Positions 9,285 to 19,323 of a DNA stretch of 64,000 nt are shown here, in pieces. Source of the stretch: Victivallaceae bacterium (lineage in GTDB: Bacteria; Verrucomicrobiota; Lentisphaeria; Victivallales; Victivallaceae); the NCBI GenBank assembly GCA_045635865.1, contig JAZTWK010000055.1, forward strand, positions 11,230 to 75,229, written 5' to 3'. Below the pieces are notes generated by a model that saw only the letters and a program-made list of their open reading frames with translations, did no database searches and was not told the origin of the DNA. Made by a program: the position numbers and the translations under genes. Within the stretch, counting starts at the first letter, position 1; each line of letters opens with the position of its first letter.

Positions 9285-10196
9285 TTACTTGATGAGAGCG
9301 CGTTTTGCGAGTTCGTCGCGGAGCATTTGGCTGAATTTTTGCGCCCCGGCAAGCGACAAGTGAGTGGCGTTGTAAAAATAGTTTTCGTCGGTCAGCGCGG
9401 CGGAGTAATCCAGCACCACCACTTGCGGATTGACCGCCAGTTCCGCCCGCAGCTGATCCCAGTTTTTCCGCCACGCGGGGTGGAGATAAGCGCCGCCGTC
9501 GTAAATCGGCGCCAGCACCACCACGATCGGACGGCGGGCTCCCCGGCAAAGTTTGATCAGTTTTCGCGCCGCCGGAGCCGAAAGATCCAGCGGAGTCGGC
9601 GCCCCGACCGCCCGCAACTGCTCAAGCAACGCTTCGCGCGTCGGGATGCGTTTAAATTCCAACAGCGCCCCGCGGTCGAGGTAGCGGATCCGGCGATAAT
9701 CGTATTTGAGTTGCGTATGCTGAAAGAAAAAATCTTCCCAGTGGCCGTAATACTTCAACACCGGGATCCGGTAGTACCAGCGATAATCGTCGCCCAAAAG
9801 CTCCCGGATCTCCGGCTGATCGGCATTGATCAGATAATTGCCCGGACTGCCCAGACTCCGACCGAAGCTCCACGGGTCGATATTGAGGATGACCGGGGTC
9901 TTCCGGGGCTTTTTCAGCTCGATCTCCAGAAACGTCACCAGGACATAATTGCCCGTGCCGCTTAAACCGTAATTGAAGCACCCGGGGCAGATCACTTCCG
10001 GCAAAAAACTGCCCTCGGCGCGGGACGAGCCGAAAACCGGCACTTCCGCCGGGTCGGCGCTGTGCACCAGGCGGTTGACCTTGCCCGCCGAGAGTTGATC
10101 CTGCGCAAGGATGATGCGGCGCTCAAACAGCGTGCCCACGGTGAAGATCACCGCCGCCGCCAACGCCAAACCGATCAACAGACTCCGCATTGCCAC
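9285..10196 (-). CDS. DltD/AlgJ-like SGNH-type O-acylation accessory protein (membrane-anchored)
   Basis: N-terminal TM helix and a VFGSSRAE block resembling SGNH block I. It lies 4 nt downstream of the MBOAT gene on the same strand. Assignment is by context and weak motif only. Confidence 0.5.
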   Translation of the reverse strand: MAMRSLLIGLALAAAVIFTVGTLFERRIILAQDQLSAGKVNRLVHSADPAEVPVFGSSRAEGSFLPEVICPGCFNYGLSGTGNYVLVTFLEIELKKPRKTPVILNIDPWSFGRSLGSPGNYLINADQPEIRELLGDDYRWYYRIPVLKYYGHWEDFFFQHTQLKYDYRRIRYLDRGALLEFKRIPTREALLEQLRAVGAPTPLDLSAPAARKLIKLCRGARRPIVVVLAPIYDGGAYLHPAWRKNWDQLRAELAVNPQVVVLDYSAALTDENYFYNATHLSLAGAQKFSQMLRDELAKRALIK

Positions 10197-10200
10197 CCCG

Positions 10201-11619
10201 TCAAAATTGAGAGTAAATGAATTTCCCGCCCGCCGGGACTCCGAGGAAAACGATGGCGCTCAACACCACGACCCAAAAGAGCACCCGCCGCCAAGTTGCC
10301 CCGGCTAAATGGCACTGAAAAATATCCAACCCGGTGAGCAGCGCCATGGCGACGAAACAGATGATCAGGTTGCTGGTGCCCAGCCCGGCGTACAGTTGAC
10401 TCCAGTCAAAGGCGCCGCCGGGTGCCGCCGAACCGAAAAACTGCCCCGCCGCCGATAAACTTTCCCCGCGGAAAAAGACCCACGCCACGGCGACGACGAC
10501 AAAGGTGACGATCACTTGCCCCGTCGCCCCAAGCCGCGCTCCCCAACCGCCGGGAAGTTGCTCTTTCCGGCGATAGATCAACTTTTCCAACACCACCGCG
10601 AAGCCGTGGATGCCGCCCCAGATGACAAAGGTCCAGTTGGCGCCGTGCCACAACCCGCTGGCGAGAAAGACCGTCATCACGTTGCGGGCATACTTGCCGA
10701 ACCCCACCCGGGATCCGCCCAGCGGGATGTAGAGATAATCCCGGAACCAACTCGACAGCGAAATGTGCCAGCGGCGCCAGAATTCCCCCACCGAACGGGA
10801 AAAATAGGGCAGGTCAAAATTCGGCGCCAGTTCGATGCCGAAAAGTTTCGCACACCCCCGCGCCATATCGGTATAGCCGGAAAAATCGCAATAGATCTGG
10901 ATGGAAAAAAAGCATATCGCCAGCGCCACGCTGAAACTGTTGCGGTATGCGGGGGTATCCCACACGTTGTTGACAAAGTACATCAGCCGGTCGGCGACCA
11001 CCAGTTTTTTAAAGAGCCCCAGCGCAAAGAGTTCCACCCCGGCGGCAAACTGGTCGCCGTCCCACCGCCGCGGCGCCGCGATCTGCGGCAGCAACGCCCC
11101 GGCGCGCCCGATCGGACCCGCCAGAAGTTGCGGGAAAAAGCTGATAAAGAGCGCATATTCGAGCCAGGAACTGCGGGGCGTCGGCACCTGATGCCACGCG
11201 TCCCAGATCGCCCCCATCGCCATAAAGGTATAAAATGAGACCCCGACCGGCACCAGCAATTTCAGGCAAAAGGGTTGGGGATCGACGCCGATGAGCGCGC
11301 AGACGGAAGCGGTGAAAAAGTCGAAGTACTTGAAAAACCCCAACACCAGCAAGTTAAAGCCGATGCCGAGATAGAGTATCCTGCGCGCCGCCGCCCGTTG
11401 TTCCGTTGCCGTCAGCGCGGTGATCCGGGTGGTCGCCCAACGGCTGACGACGACCGTCGCCACCAGCAGAAAACCGAAGCGCCAGTCCGCCCAAAAGTAG
11501 AAGAACCAGCTGCCCAAAAGCAAAAAGGCGTTCTGCGCCGTCTTCCGGGCGGACAACGCCCAGTAGACGACCAGCATCACCAGTAAAAAGAAAAAGAATT
11601 CTGCGGAGTTAAACAGCAT
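10201..11619 (-). CDS. MBOAT family O-acyltransferase (AlgI/DltB-like)
   Basis: 472 aa polytopic membrane protein with ..FWRRWHISLSSWFRDYLYIPLGG.. and ..SGLWHGA.. (conserved MBOAT His). Confidence 0.85.
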   Translation of the reverse strand: MLFNSAEFFFFLLVMLVVYWALSARKTAQNAFLLLGSWFFYFWADWRFGFLLVATVVVSRWATTRITALTATEQRAAARRILYLGIGFNLLVLGFFKYFDFFTASVCALIGVDPQPFCLKLLVPVGVSFYTFMAMGAIWDAWHQVPTPRSSWLEYALFISFFPQLLAGPIGRAGALLPQIAAPRRWDGDQFAAGVELFALGLFKKLVVADRLMYFVNNVWDTPAYRNSFSVALAICFFSIQIYCDFSGYTDMARGCAKLFGIELAPNFDLPYFSRSVGEFWRRWHISLSSWFRDYLYIPLGGSRVGFGKYARNVMTVFLASGLWHGANWTFVIWGGIHGFAVVLEKLIYRRKEQLPGGWGARLGATGQVIVTFVVVAVAWVFFRGESLSAAGQFFGSAAPGGAFDWSQLYAGLGTSNLIICFVAMALLTGLDIFQCHLAGATWRRVLFWVVVLSAIVFLGVPAGGKFIYSQF

Positions 11620-11656
11620 GTCGGCTTATCTTACGGCAACCCAAAATGTTGAGGAT

Positions 11657-11685
11657 AATATACTGCGCGGCAACGGCTTTTGCAA
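11657..11685 (-). promoter_or_regulatory. sigma-70-type promoter TTGCAA-N17-TATATT (minus strand) for the MBOAT operon
   Basis: Minus strand reads TTGCAA (11685-11680), 17-nt spacer, TATATT (11662-11657). It lies 37 nt upstream of the ATG at 11619. Confidence 0.5.
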
Positions 11686-11707
11686 ATGCCCGGTCGGGGT
11701 CAAAACT

Positions 11708-12502
11708 TCACCGGTGGCGCTTTTGCCAGTTGGCGAAACTGGCGGGCGAGGCAAAGCCCAGCTCCTGCGCGATCTCCTTTTGCCGCAACCCCTGACGGCG
11801 CGCCGCGCCGATGTAGTCGCGGCGCACGGCATTGATGAACTTGCCGACGCTCATACCCGTTTCCCGCAAAAAGCAGTGCGACAAGTGAAACTTGGAGCAG
11901 GAAAAGATCCGCCCCAACGTTTCCAGCGAGCAATTCCTGCCGTTGCACGACCGGATATAACTCGAAACCTTTTCCGACAGCGAACTATCCGGCGTTTCCA
12001 CTTCGCCCGAAAGCAAGGTCAGCGCCGCCTCGTCCAGCACCAGATTGAGGATCGCCGAAAGTTTGTTGCGCACCGCTTCGTCGCTCGGCTCGCTCAAGGC
12101 GGCGAGGCGATCCCAGCGCTTTTCCAACAGATGCTTGAGTTCGCCGGGGAAAATGATCCGCGGCAACACTCCGCAGATCACATTGCCCTGCTCAACTTTA
12201 ATGAACGCCCCCCGCAACCGCTTGGTCTCCAAGTAGCCCCACAAGTGCAGCAGTCCGTCGTCTTCAATCAGGTATTGAAAACTGTGCTCCACCCACGGAT
12301 CAAAAAGCATGATCTCCCCCGGGCGCAACGGATAGATCCGGCGGTCCAGCATCAGCCGGCACTCGCCAGTCAGCGCAAAGACGAACTCCCGGGTGGGGTG
12401 AGAACTGGAAACGAAGCGGGTGCCGTCGTACCCCTCGCCCCCACTCGAATGGCGGGTGATGATCCGCTTAACTCCCTGGCGCAACAACTGCTCGATATTC
12501 AT
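11708..12502 (-). CDS. AraC family transcriptional regulator (cupin-like N-terminus + HTH)
   Basis: C-terminal AraC HTH (..SHCFLRETGMSVGKFINAVRRDYIGAARRQGLRQKEIAQELGFASPASFANWQKR). 264 aa. Confidence 0.8.
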   Translation of the reverse strand: MNIEQLLRQGVKRIITRHSSGGEGYDGTRFVSSSHPTREFVFALTGECRLMLDRRIYPLRPGEIMLFDPWVEHSFQYLIEDDGLLHLWGYLETKRLRGAFIKVEQGNVICGVLPRIIFPGELKHLLEKRWDRLAALSEPSDEAVRNKLSAILNLVLDEAALTLLSGEVETPDSSLSEKVSSYIRSCNGRNCSLETLGRIFSCSKFHLSHCFLRETGMSVGKFINAVRRDYIGAARRQGLRQKEIAQELGFASPASFANWQKRHR

Positions 12503-12741
12503 GATCTTCCTTTTTTCGGGGCGCGCTCCGCCCGGCTTTTACCATATTCAGTTTCGGCGCAAAAGTCAAATCAAAATTCATTTTGTCCACATTTTTTCTC
12601 AAAATGTTATACATCGAAGTTGTTGTACCGCACCGGGGGCAAAACTATATTATCGGCGGGGGAGAAGCGCTTTTTTCGCGCCGAGTTGCCCCGAAATCAC
12701 CCGAATCGCAAGATCGATGAATATTACGCAACAATAAGCTA

Positions 12742-12770
12742 TTGCCAAAAACACCCATTGGGCATATATT
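12742..12770 (+). promoter_or_regulatory. sigma-70-type promoter TTGCCA-N17-TATATT
   Basis: -35 at 12742-12747, 17-nt spacer, -10 at 12765-12770. It lies 25 nt upstream of the ATG at 12796, with AAGGAA in between. A second, weaker TTGTAC-N17-TATATT lies at 12623-12651. Confidence 0.5.
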
Positions 12771-12795
12771 AACCACCAAAGAAAGGAATGCGGCA

Positions 12796-14802
12796 ATGAA
12801 TTTACAAATTATCGACTGGGTGATCGTGATAACGGTCATGGTGCTGTTGCTGTGTGTTACGTTTTATTACAAGCGTTACAACCGCAGTGTCAGCGACTTT
12901 CTCGTCGCCAACCGCTTGGGGCGTCGATACTTACTATCGGTAGCCGCCGGCTTCGGCGGCGCCGCCAGCATCATCGCCGCGTGGGAAGTCACCTACAACA
13001 ACGGGCTCGCCGCCTCCTGGTGGCAGATGCTCAACAAGCCGATCATGACGCTGTTGGCGCTTTTCGGTTTCGTCGTCTACCGCTACCGGGAAACCCGCTC
13101 CATGACGCTGGCGCAATTTTTTGAAATGCGGTACAGCCGGGCGTTCCGCATTTACTCCGGATTTCTCTGCTGGCTCAGCGGAGTGTTGAATTTCGGGGTT
13201 TTCCCGATGATCACCACGCGGTGCATCATCGCCTTTTTCGGCTTGCCGGAAACGGTAAATATTTTCGGTTTCGCCGTCCAGACTTTCCCGCTGGTGATGT
13301 TCATTTATCTTGCGATCGCGGTCTACATCGCCTGCGCGGGCGGTCAGATTTGCATCATGATCACCGACTTTGTCCAGGGAATGCTGCTGTTGATCATTTT
13401 CATGCTGACGATGCTTTTCATCATGTATAAGTTCGGCTGGGGCGACATCATTCTCGCCATGCGGGAAACCGCCACTCCGGGCAAATCCATGATCAATCCC
13501 TTTGAAGCGTGGGAAGCGGATGGATTCAATTTCTGGTATTATATGATCTCCACGGTCGTACTGATCTACTCTTGGAACTGCTGGCAGGGCCGCTCCGGTT
13601 ATTCGGCGGCCTCCAAAACGCCGCACGAGGGGGTCATGTCGGCGGTGGTGGGCAGTTGGCGGCTTTACGCCTTTACCCTGGTGATGACGATGATCCCGCT
13701 CGCCTGCTACGCGGTGATGCACTTGCCTCAGTATGCGGATATGGCGGCGGCGATCAATCAAAAGCTGGATCTGGTTGCCGATCCCAACGTCCGCAATCAG
13801 GTGCGGGTGCCGTACTTTTTGGTGGAAATATTGCCGCCCGGCTTCCTCGGGCTTTTCGCGGTGGTCATTCTGGCGTGCGCCATCAGCAACGACGACAGCT
13901 ACATGCACAGCTGGGGCACGATCCTCATTCAGGATATCATCATGCCGTTCCGCAAAAAGCCCTTTGAGCCGAAACAGCACATGCGGTTGCTGCGATTGGG
14001 GATCATCGGGGTGGCCGTATTTAGTTTCTTTTTCAGTATGTTCTTCCCGCTCAAGGACTTCATCCTCATGTATTTCATGATCACCGGGGCGATCTACCTG
14101 AGCGGCGCCGGAGCGGTGATGCTGGGCGGCTTGTACTGGAAACGCGGCTCCAATGCCGGAGCCTTTACCGCGCTCACCGTCGGCACGGTGTGCGGCATCG
14201 GCTTCATCGTGTTGCAGCAGAGCTGGAGCAATACGCTCGTACCGTTTCTGGTGGAAAAATTCCCGCACTATCGCGACTATCTCTTGGCGCATCAGGCGAA
14301 ATTCCCCATTCCCGCGCCCTATCTCACCTTGATCACCATGGGTGCGTCGACCTTGAGCTACATTCTCGTTTCGCTCTTGGGGCCGCGCCACGTGCACAAT
14401 ATGGATAAGATGCTCCACCGCGGCGAGTACGCCGACGAAAAGAGCCTCTCGCTGATCCGGTCGAAAAAATTCACCTTCAGCAAACTCATCGGTATCACCA
14501 ACAACTTTACGCGCTTCGACAGTTTTCTGGCGTGGGGATCGTTTCTCTACTCCTTCATCTGGTGGATCATTTTCATCGTGGTTACGTTGCTGGCAATTTT
14601 TACGACGTGGCTGGGCGACCGCTTCTGGGAAGAGCTGATGTGGTGGAAGTTCGTGCCGTTCTCGCTGGTGCTGGGGGTCGTCTGCAGCATCTGGATCTCG
14701 TGGGGCGGCATCCGCGACGCGATCGCGCTGGTCAAGGATTTGAAAAACATCAAGCTCGACGATTCCGACAACGGCTTCGTCCAGCAGGATGACCAAAAAT
14801 AA
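12796..14802 (+). CDS. sodium:solute symporter (SSS) family transporter with C-terminal extension
   Basis: About 14 hydrophobic segments with an SSS-like pattern. The ATG at 12796 (MNLQIIDWVIVITV) is preferred because the track start at 12742 is the -35 box. Confidence 0.75.
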   Translation: MNLQIIDWVIVITVMVLLLCVTFYYKRYNRSVSDFLVANRLGRRYLLSVAAGFGGAASIIAAWEVTYNNGLAASWWQMLNKPIMTLLALFGFVVYRYRETRSMTLAQFFEMRYSRAFRIYSGFLCWLSGVLNFGVFPMITTRCIIAFFGLPETVNIFGFAVQTFPLVMFIYLAIAVYIACAGGQICIMITDFVQGMLLLIIFMLTMLFIMYKFGWGDIILAMRETATPGKSMINPFEAWEADGFNFWYYMISTVVLIYSWNCWQGRSGYSAASKTPHEGVMSAVVGSWRLYAFTLVMTMIPLACYAVMHLPQYADMAAAINQKLDLVADPNVRNQVRVPYFLVEILPPGFLGLFAVVILACAISNDDSYMHSWGTILIQDIIMPFRKKPFEPKQHMRLLRLGIIGVAVFSFFFSMFFPLKDFILMYFMITGAIYLSGAGAVMLGGLYWKRGSNAGAFTALTVGTVCGIGFIVLQQSWSNTLVPFLVEKFPHYRDYLLAHQAKFPIPAPYLTLITMGASTLSYILVSLLGPRHVHNMDKMLHRGEYADEKSLSLIRSKKFTFSKLIGITNNFTRFDSFLAWGSFLYSFIWWIIFIVVTLLAIFTTWLGDRFWEELMWWKFVPFSLVLGVVCSIWISWGGIRDAIALVKDLKNIKLDDSDNGFVQQDDQK

Positions 14803-14838
14803 TCACTTTTTCAACCACCCAAAAGGGAGAAACAACAA

Positions 14839-16053
14839 ATGGCGAAATTGGCAATCGACGGCGGCAGCAAGGTTTTCAGCGAACCGATCAAGTATCCGAA
14901 TTGGCCGCCGCGCTACCCGGAAACCGCGGAGCGCATCAAAAATCTCTACCTCAACGACCGGTGGTCGTTCTACGGTCCGCGGGAAATTGAATTCAACAAT
15001 CAGTTTGCCAAGTTCACCGGCGCGTTGCATTGCGAATCCATGATCAACGGCACCGTCACGCTGGAAACGGCGTTGCGCGCCCTCGGCGTCGGCGCGGGCG
15101 ACGAAGTGATCGTGCCCGCTCATACGTGGATGGCGACCGGACTCGCCCCCATTTACTGCGGCGCGACCACGGTGATCGCCGACATCGACCCGGCGACGCT
15201 CTGTCTGGACCCGGAAAAGTTCGAGCAGGCGATCACGCCCAAGACCAAGGCGGTCATCCCGGTACACCTTTTCGGCTCGATGGCGGATATGGATAAGATC
15301 ATGGCGATCGCCCGCAAGCACGGACTCAAAGTGGTGGAAGACTGCGCCCACGCCCACGGCGGCCGCTGGGCGGGCAAGCACGTCGGCACGATCGGCGACG
15401 TCGGCTCGTTTTCGTTTCAGGAAAGCAAGCTGATGGCGTCCGGCGAGGGCGGCGCCTGCATCACCAACGACCCGCAACTCGCCGACGCCCTCGGCCGGAT
15501 CTCGCACATCGGTTACCAGTACGGCGCCAAGCAGGGGCAAGGCACCCCGACTCCGGAGGGGATGACCTGCTTCAACTTCCGCTTCACCGAATATCAGGCG
15601 GAGATCTTGCTTTCCCAGCTGGAGCACTTGGCGGAATTCACCGCCGAGCGCGACGTCAAGGCCGCCCGCTTCCGCGCCAGATTGGAAGCGATCCCCGGCA
15701 TCACCACGCAGGCAAAGGGGCGGCTCGCCGACCCGCAAAGCTACTACATGTTCGCCTTTAAGGTCGATGACACTCACCTCAAGCCCGGCATCACCCGCGA
15801 TCGGGTGCGCGAGGCGATCCAAGCGGAAGGCGCGATCGGCATCGGTTCCGGCTGGGCGAACATCATGCACCGGCAGAGCGGCTTCACCCCGCCGCGCTCG
15901 ACCTACCGGGTGGAAAGTTGCGAAAACGCGGAAAAGATCGTTTACCACCAGTTGCTCTGCGCCGGAATGGCGGTGATGAGCCTCGACGACGCCACCTTGG
16001 AAAAAATGGCGGACTGCGTGGAAAAAGTTATGGGCGAATATTATTGCGAATAA
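14839..16053 (+). CDS. DegT/DnrJ/EryC1/StrS family PLP-dependent aminotransferase
   Basis: ..VIVPAHTWMAT.., ..DCAHAHG.., ..GSFSFQESKLM.. (PLP-binding Lys context). 404 aa. RBS AAAGGGAGA. Confidence 0.8.
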   Translation: MAKLAIDGGSKVFSEPIKYPNWPPRYPETAERIKNLYLNDRWSFYGPREIEFNNQFAKFTGALHCESMINGTVTLETALRALGVGAGDEVIVPAHTWMATGLAPIYCGATTVIADIDPATLCLDPEKFEQAITPKTKAVIPVHLFGSMADMDKIMAIARKHGLKVVEDCAHAHGGRWAGKHVGTIGDVGSFSFQESKLMASGEGGACITNDPQLADALGRISHIGYQYGAKQGQGTPTPEGMTCFNFRFTEYQAEILLSQLEHLAEFTAERDVKAARFRARLEAIPGITTQAKGRLADPQSYYMFAFKVDDTHLKPGITRDRVREAIQAEGAIGIGSGWANIMHRQSGFTPPRSTYRVESCENAEKIVYHQLLCAGMAVMSLDDATLEKMADCVEKVMGEYYCE

Positions 16054-16067
16054 AGTAGTTATCGGCT

Positions 16068-16817
16068 ATGAAAGAGCTCTTTTTCTTTGATGCCGATTGC
16101 CGGATCGGCTTTGACCTCTACGGTCGGGGGGCGGGCGCGGCGGAGCTGCTTGCCGACATGGATCGCTTCGGCATCGACCGGGCGCTGGTCCGGCATTGCA
16201 ACTACCCCCACGACGGGCTGAACACCAACGCCGAACTGGCGGAACTCCTCGCCCAAGCCGATCCGCAACAGCGGCTGACCGGAGTCTGGGGCGTCATGCC
16301 TCAACAGGATGCGGAAATGCCGGAGCCGGAAGCGTTTTTTTCCGCGATGCGGGAGTGCCGGATCGGCGCGATAACTTTTGACCCCAATCACGCCTTCATC
16401 CCCGGTCGGATGACGCTGGGGAAAATCCTCGACGCCGCCCAACGGCACCGGATCCCGGTACTGCTCACTCCCTTTGGCACCAAGTGGCGCGAGTTGTACG
16501 ACTTTTTGCGGGAGTTCCCGGATATCTGCGCCATCATTCCCGCCGGGAGCAAGTGGGGCGCCGATCGCTACTTCCGACCGCTGTTGGAAAATTATCCCAA
16601 CTTGTATTTGAGTTTGGCGGACTACTGGGTCTGCGAAGGGGTGGGCGAACTGGTCAAAACTTTCGGCGCCGACCGCTTGCTTTACGGCAGTGCCTTTCCG
16701 GAATTGGATCAGGGCAATCAGATGCTGCAAATCAAACACTCCGGGATCGACGCCGACGCCGTCGCTAAAATCACCGGCAAAAACCTCTTGAATTTAGTGG
16801 AGAATATACAATGGTAA
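16068..16817 (+). CDS. amidohydrolase-2-like metal-dependent hydrolase (TIM barrel)
   Basis: 249 aa. ..FGIDRALV.. and ..LLYGSAFP.. endings are typical of the amidohydrolase_2 family. Function unknown. Confidence 0.55.
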   Translation: MKELFFFDADCRIGFDLYGRGAGAAELLADMDRFGIDRALVRHCNYPHDGLNTNAELAELLAQADPQQRLTGVWGVMPQQDAEMPEPEAFFSAMRECRIGAITFDPNHAFIPGRMTLGKILDAAQRHRIPVLLTPFGTKWRELYDFLREFPDICAIIPAGSKWGADRYFRPLLENYPNLYLSLADYWVCEGVGELVKTFGADRLLYGSAFPELDQGNQMLQIKHSGIDADAVAKITGKNLLNLVENIQW

Positions 16818-17629
16818 ACGCCATTTGGGAGCGCGAAAATACCCTGGCGCACGAGTTCTGGGTAAACGGCAGAGCCGATATTCCGGTTTACGACATGCAC
16901 GGCCACATGGGGCATCACCCGAAAATTTTTCTGCCCGGCAACACGCCGGAGCGGATGCGCGAACACCTGCTCCGCGCCGGGATCAAGCGACTGGTCTTTT
17001 CTCACCACGGGGCGCTTCACGGCCATACCCGCAGTGAAAAAGTCGTCGATATCTGCCGGAAATTCCCCGACGTTTTCCGGATGTATATCGTGATCAACCC
17101 CAACTTCCCGGAGCGGATCAAGGAAGACTTGGCGCAGTTCGACGCGTGGCAACCATGGTGCGTCGGCCTGAAATTTCACTCCGATCTCCACGGACCGTTG
17201 GCTTCCGACCCCAAGTATCGCTACGCGTTGGACTTCGCCAACGAGCGAAAACTGCTCTGCCTCTACCACACCTGGGGCGGCAAGACGGCGGACAACTCCG
17301 CCGAGTTGGAAAAGGTGGTTTCGCGCTATTCGCGCATCAAATTTTTCATCGGCCACTGCTTCTACGGCGAGTGGGATAAACTCCGGCCCTTTGCCGAGGC
17401 TCACCCCGACAACGTCTGGTTCGAGTTGACCAGTATTCCGGGCGACCGCGGCAGGATCGCCGAACTGGTCGAGTCGGTCGGCAGTGAAAGATTGATCTTC
17501 GGCACCGACTTGCCGTGGTTCGACGAATATCAGGCGGTCGGCGGAGTGCTGGCGGCGGATATCACCGACGACGACCGGCGCAACATCCTCTACCGCAACG
17601 TGGAGCGCATCTTGGGCAAGGAGTGGTAA
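16811..17629 (+). CDS. amidohydrolase-2-like metal-dependent hydrolase (TIM barrel)
   Basis: 272 aa. ..YDMHGHMG.., ..LIFGTDLPW... Overlaps the previous gene by 7 nt. Confidence 0.55.
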   Translation: MVNAIWERENTLAHEFWVNGRADIPVYDMHGHMGHHPKIFLPGNTPERMREHLLRAGIKRLVFSHHGALHGHTRSEKVVDICRKFPDVFRMYIVINPNFPERIKEDLAQFDAWQPWCVGLKFHSDLHGPLASDPKYRYALDFANERKLLCLYHTWGGKTADNSAELEKVVSRYSRIKFFIGHCFYGEWDKLRPFAEAHPDNVWFELTSIPGDRGRIAELVESVGSERLIFGTDLPWFDEYQAVGGVLAADITDDDRRNILYRNVERILGKEW

Positions 17630-17631
17630 AG

Positions 17632-18366
17632 ATGAAAAAAGGCGTTCAGCTTTACGGATTTCGCAACGAACTCAAAGCCGATTTCCCCGGCACCTTGCGA
17701 CAACTCGCCGAACTGGGCTTCGACGGGGTGGAGTTTTACAGCTTCCACGGCGGACTTTCCGCCGTCGAGCTGAAAAATCTATTGGACGAGTTACATTTGC
17801 AGTGCGCCGGTTTGATGTACCCGGCGGAGGCTATACGCGATGCGGCAAGCCCGATTTACGATGAGGCAAAAATCCTTGATACTCCGGCAGTTACGCATAG
17901 TCTGATCACCGATTTCACCGCGGACTTCCCGGCGATCTTGGCAAATTTGCAACTGGCGGGCAAAGCAGCGCACGACCGCGGGGTGAAGTTTTCCTATCAC
18001 AACCACTGGGGCGAAGGGGCGCGGATCGACGGAATTCCGGCGCTCGACCGGATCATGGCGGCGACCGACCCGGAGCAGTTTTTCCTCGAGCCGGACGTCT
18101 GCTGGCTGAGTGCCGCCAAGCTCGACCCGGTGGAAACCGTGCGCAAATACCGCGACCGGATCGTGCAGATCCACCTCAAGGATATCGTTGATCCCGCCGA
18201 CCCCAACACGATGACCGCGCTGGGCAAAGGGAGCATCCCGCTGGAAAGGATCGTTTCCGCAAGTTGCCCGGGAAAAGTGGAGTGGCTAATCTACGAGCAG
18301 GATTACTCCGCCGACGTCTGGCGCGACGCCCAAACGAGTTTGGAGTTCCTCGCTCAGTTATCCTGA
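17632..18366 (+). CDS. sugar phosphate isomerase/epimerase (xylose-isomerase-like TIM barrel)
   Basis: The ATG at 17632 (MKKGVQLYGFRNEL) comes just after the upstream stop. ..FSYHNHW.., ..LEPDVCW.., ..IHLKD.. motifs. Confidence 0.7.
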   Translation: MKKGVQLYGFRNELKADFPGTLRQLAELGFDGVEFYSFHGGLSAVELKNLLDELHLQCAGLMYPAEAIRDAASPIYDEAKILDTPAVTHSLITDFTADFPAILANLQLAGKAAHDRGVKFSYHNHWGEGARIDGIPALDRIMAATDPEQFFLEPDVCWLSAAKLDPVETVRKYRDRIVQIHLKDIVDPADPNTMTALGKGSIPLERIVSASCPGKVEWLIYEQDYSADVWRDAQTSLEFLAQLS

Positions 18367-19178
18367 CGCCCCTGCGCCCGAAAGGCGGTCGGGGACATTC
18401 CGCACCGGCGGTGAAAGAGCGCGGAAAAGTAGTTGCTGTCGGAAAATCCGCAGTTGAAGGCGATCTCGCCGATCGACAACTCGGCGTGAAAGCGCAGTAA
18501 AATTTCCGCCTCCGCCAGCCGCTTGCGGGTCAATTGCTCGCGAAAAGTCGATTTGAGCTGCTTCCGGAGCAAGCCGCCCAGATAGTTGGGGTTGACCCCG
18601 AGCAACTCCGCCAAATCCGCCAGGGCGATGTTTCGCTGATAGTGGTCGTTTATAAACGCCAAACAGTTGCGGATATAAAAATCCTCGTCGCGCCGCTGGA
18701 GCTTTTGCATGCCGCCCCGGAGCGCGATTTCCCGCAACTCCAACTCCAAAACTTTACGCAAAAACTGTGCCGTTTCGCGCATTTGGTCGCGCCAATTTCC
18801 GGCCGCGACCCGGGGCGGAGCCCCGGAATAAAACTTCGGCGACCGCCAATCGGATTTCGTCATCCCGCCCACATAAATAATGGCGACCAGTTGCTTTTCA
18901 AACCACACCGGGGCGGCATATTCGAGTATCCCCCACGGGCAACTCCCGCCGAACCCCCGACCGCAAGCGGCGACTTGCCGACTGCGCGCCTTATTGCGAC
19001 TGCAGATGCGATTGCCGTCATGCTGTTTCGCCGCCCGGCAGAATTCGCTGTGGTGCAGATACTGGTCGGGGGCAAGTTTCAGCTCCTTGCAGTGCAAAAA
19101 CACCGGGTGGCAGACTTCCACACTGACCGAAAGTCGCGTTTCCTTTTCCACCGCCCGCAAGATATCCCGAAATTGCAT
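18354..19178 (-). CDS. AraC family transcriptional regulator
   Basis: C-terminal AraC HTH (..IALADLAELLGVNPNYLGGLLRK... IGEIAFNCGFSDSNYFSALFHRRCGMSPTAFR). The ATG at 19178 (MQFRDIL) is preferred over the longer track ORF. Confidence 0.75.
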   Translation of the reverse strand: MQFRDILRAVEKETRLSVSVEVCHPVFLHCKELKLAPDQYLHHSEFCRAAKQHDGNRICSRNKARSRQVAACGRGFGGSCPWGILEYAAPVWFEKQLVAIIYVGGMTKSDWRSPKFYSGAPPRVAAGNWRDQMRETAQFLRKVLELELREIALRGGMQKLQRRDEDFYIRNCLAFINDHYQRNIALADLAELLGVNPNYLGGLLRKQLKSTFREQLTRKRLAEAEILLRFHAELSIGEIAFNCGFSDSNYFSALFHRRCGMSPTAFRAQGRQDN

Positions 19179-19323
19179 AAAACCCTCGCTTTTTGCGCTT
19201 ATATGAGATAATTTAAGATAATATACCGTTTTTTTCAAGGTTTTTGTTCCAAAAACTGTTATTTTAAAAGAAGAAAAACTATCAACGGCGCCGCCGTCGA
19301 TCACCAAAACCAGGAAAACCGCT

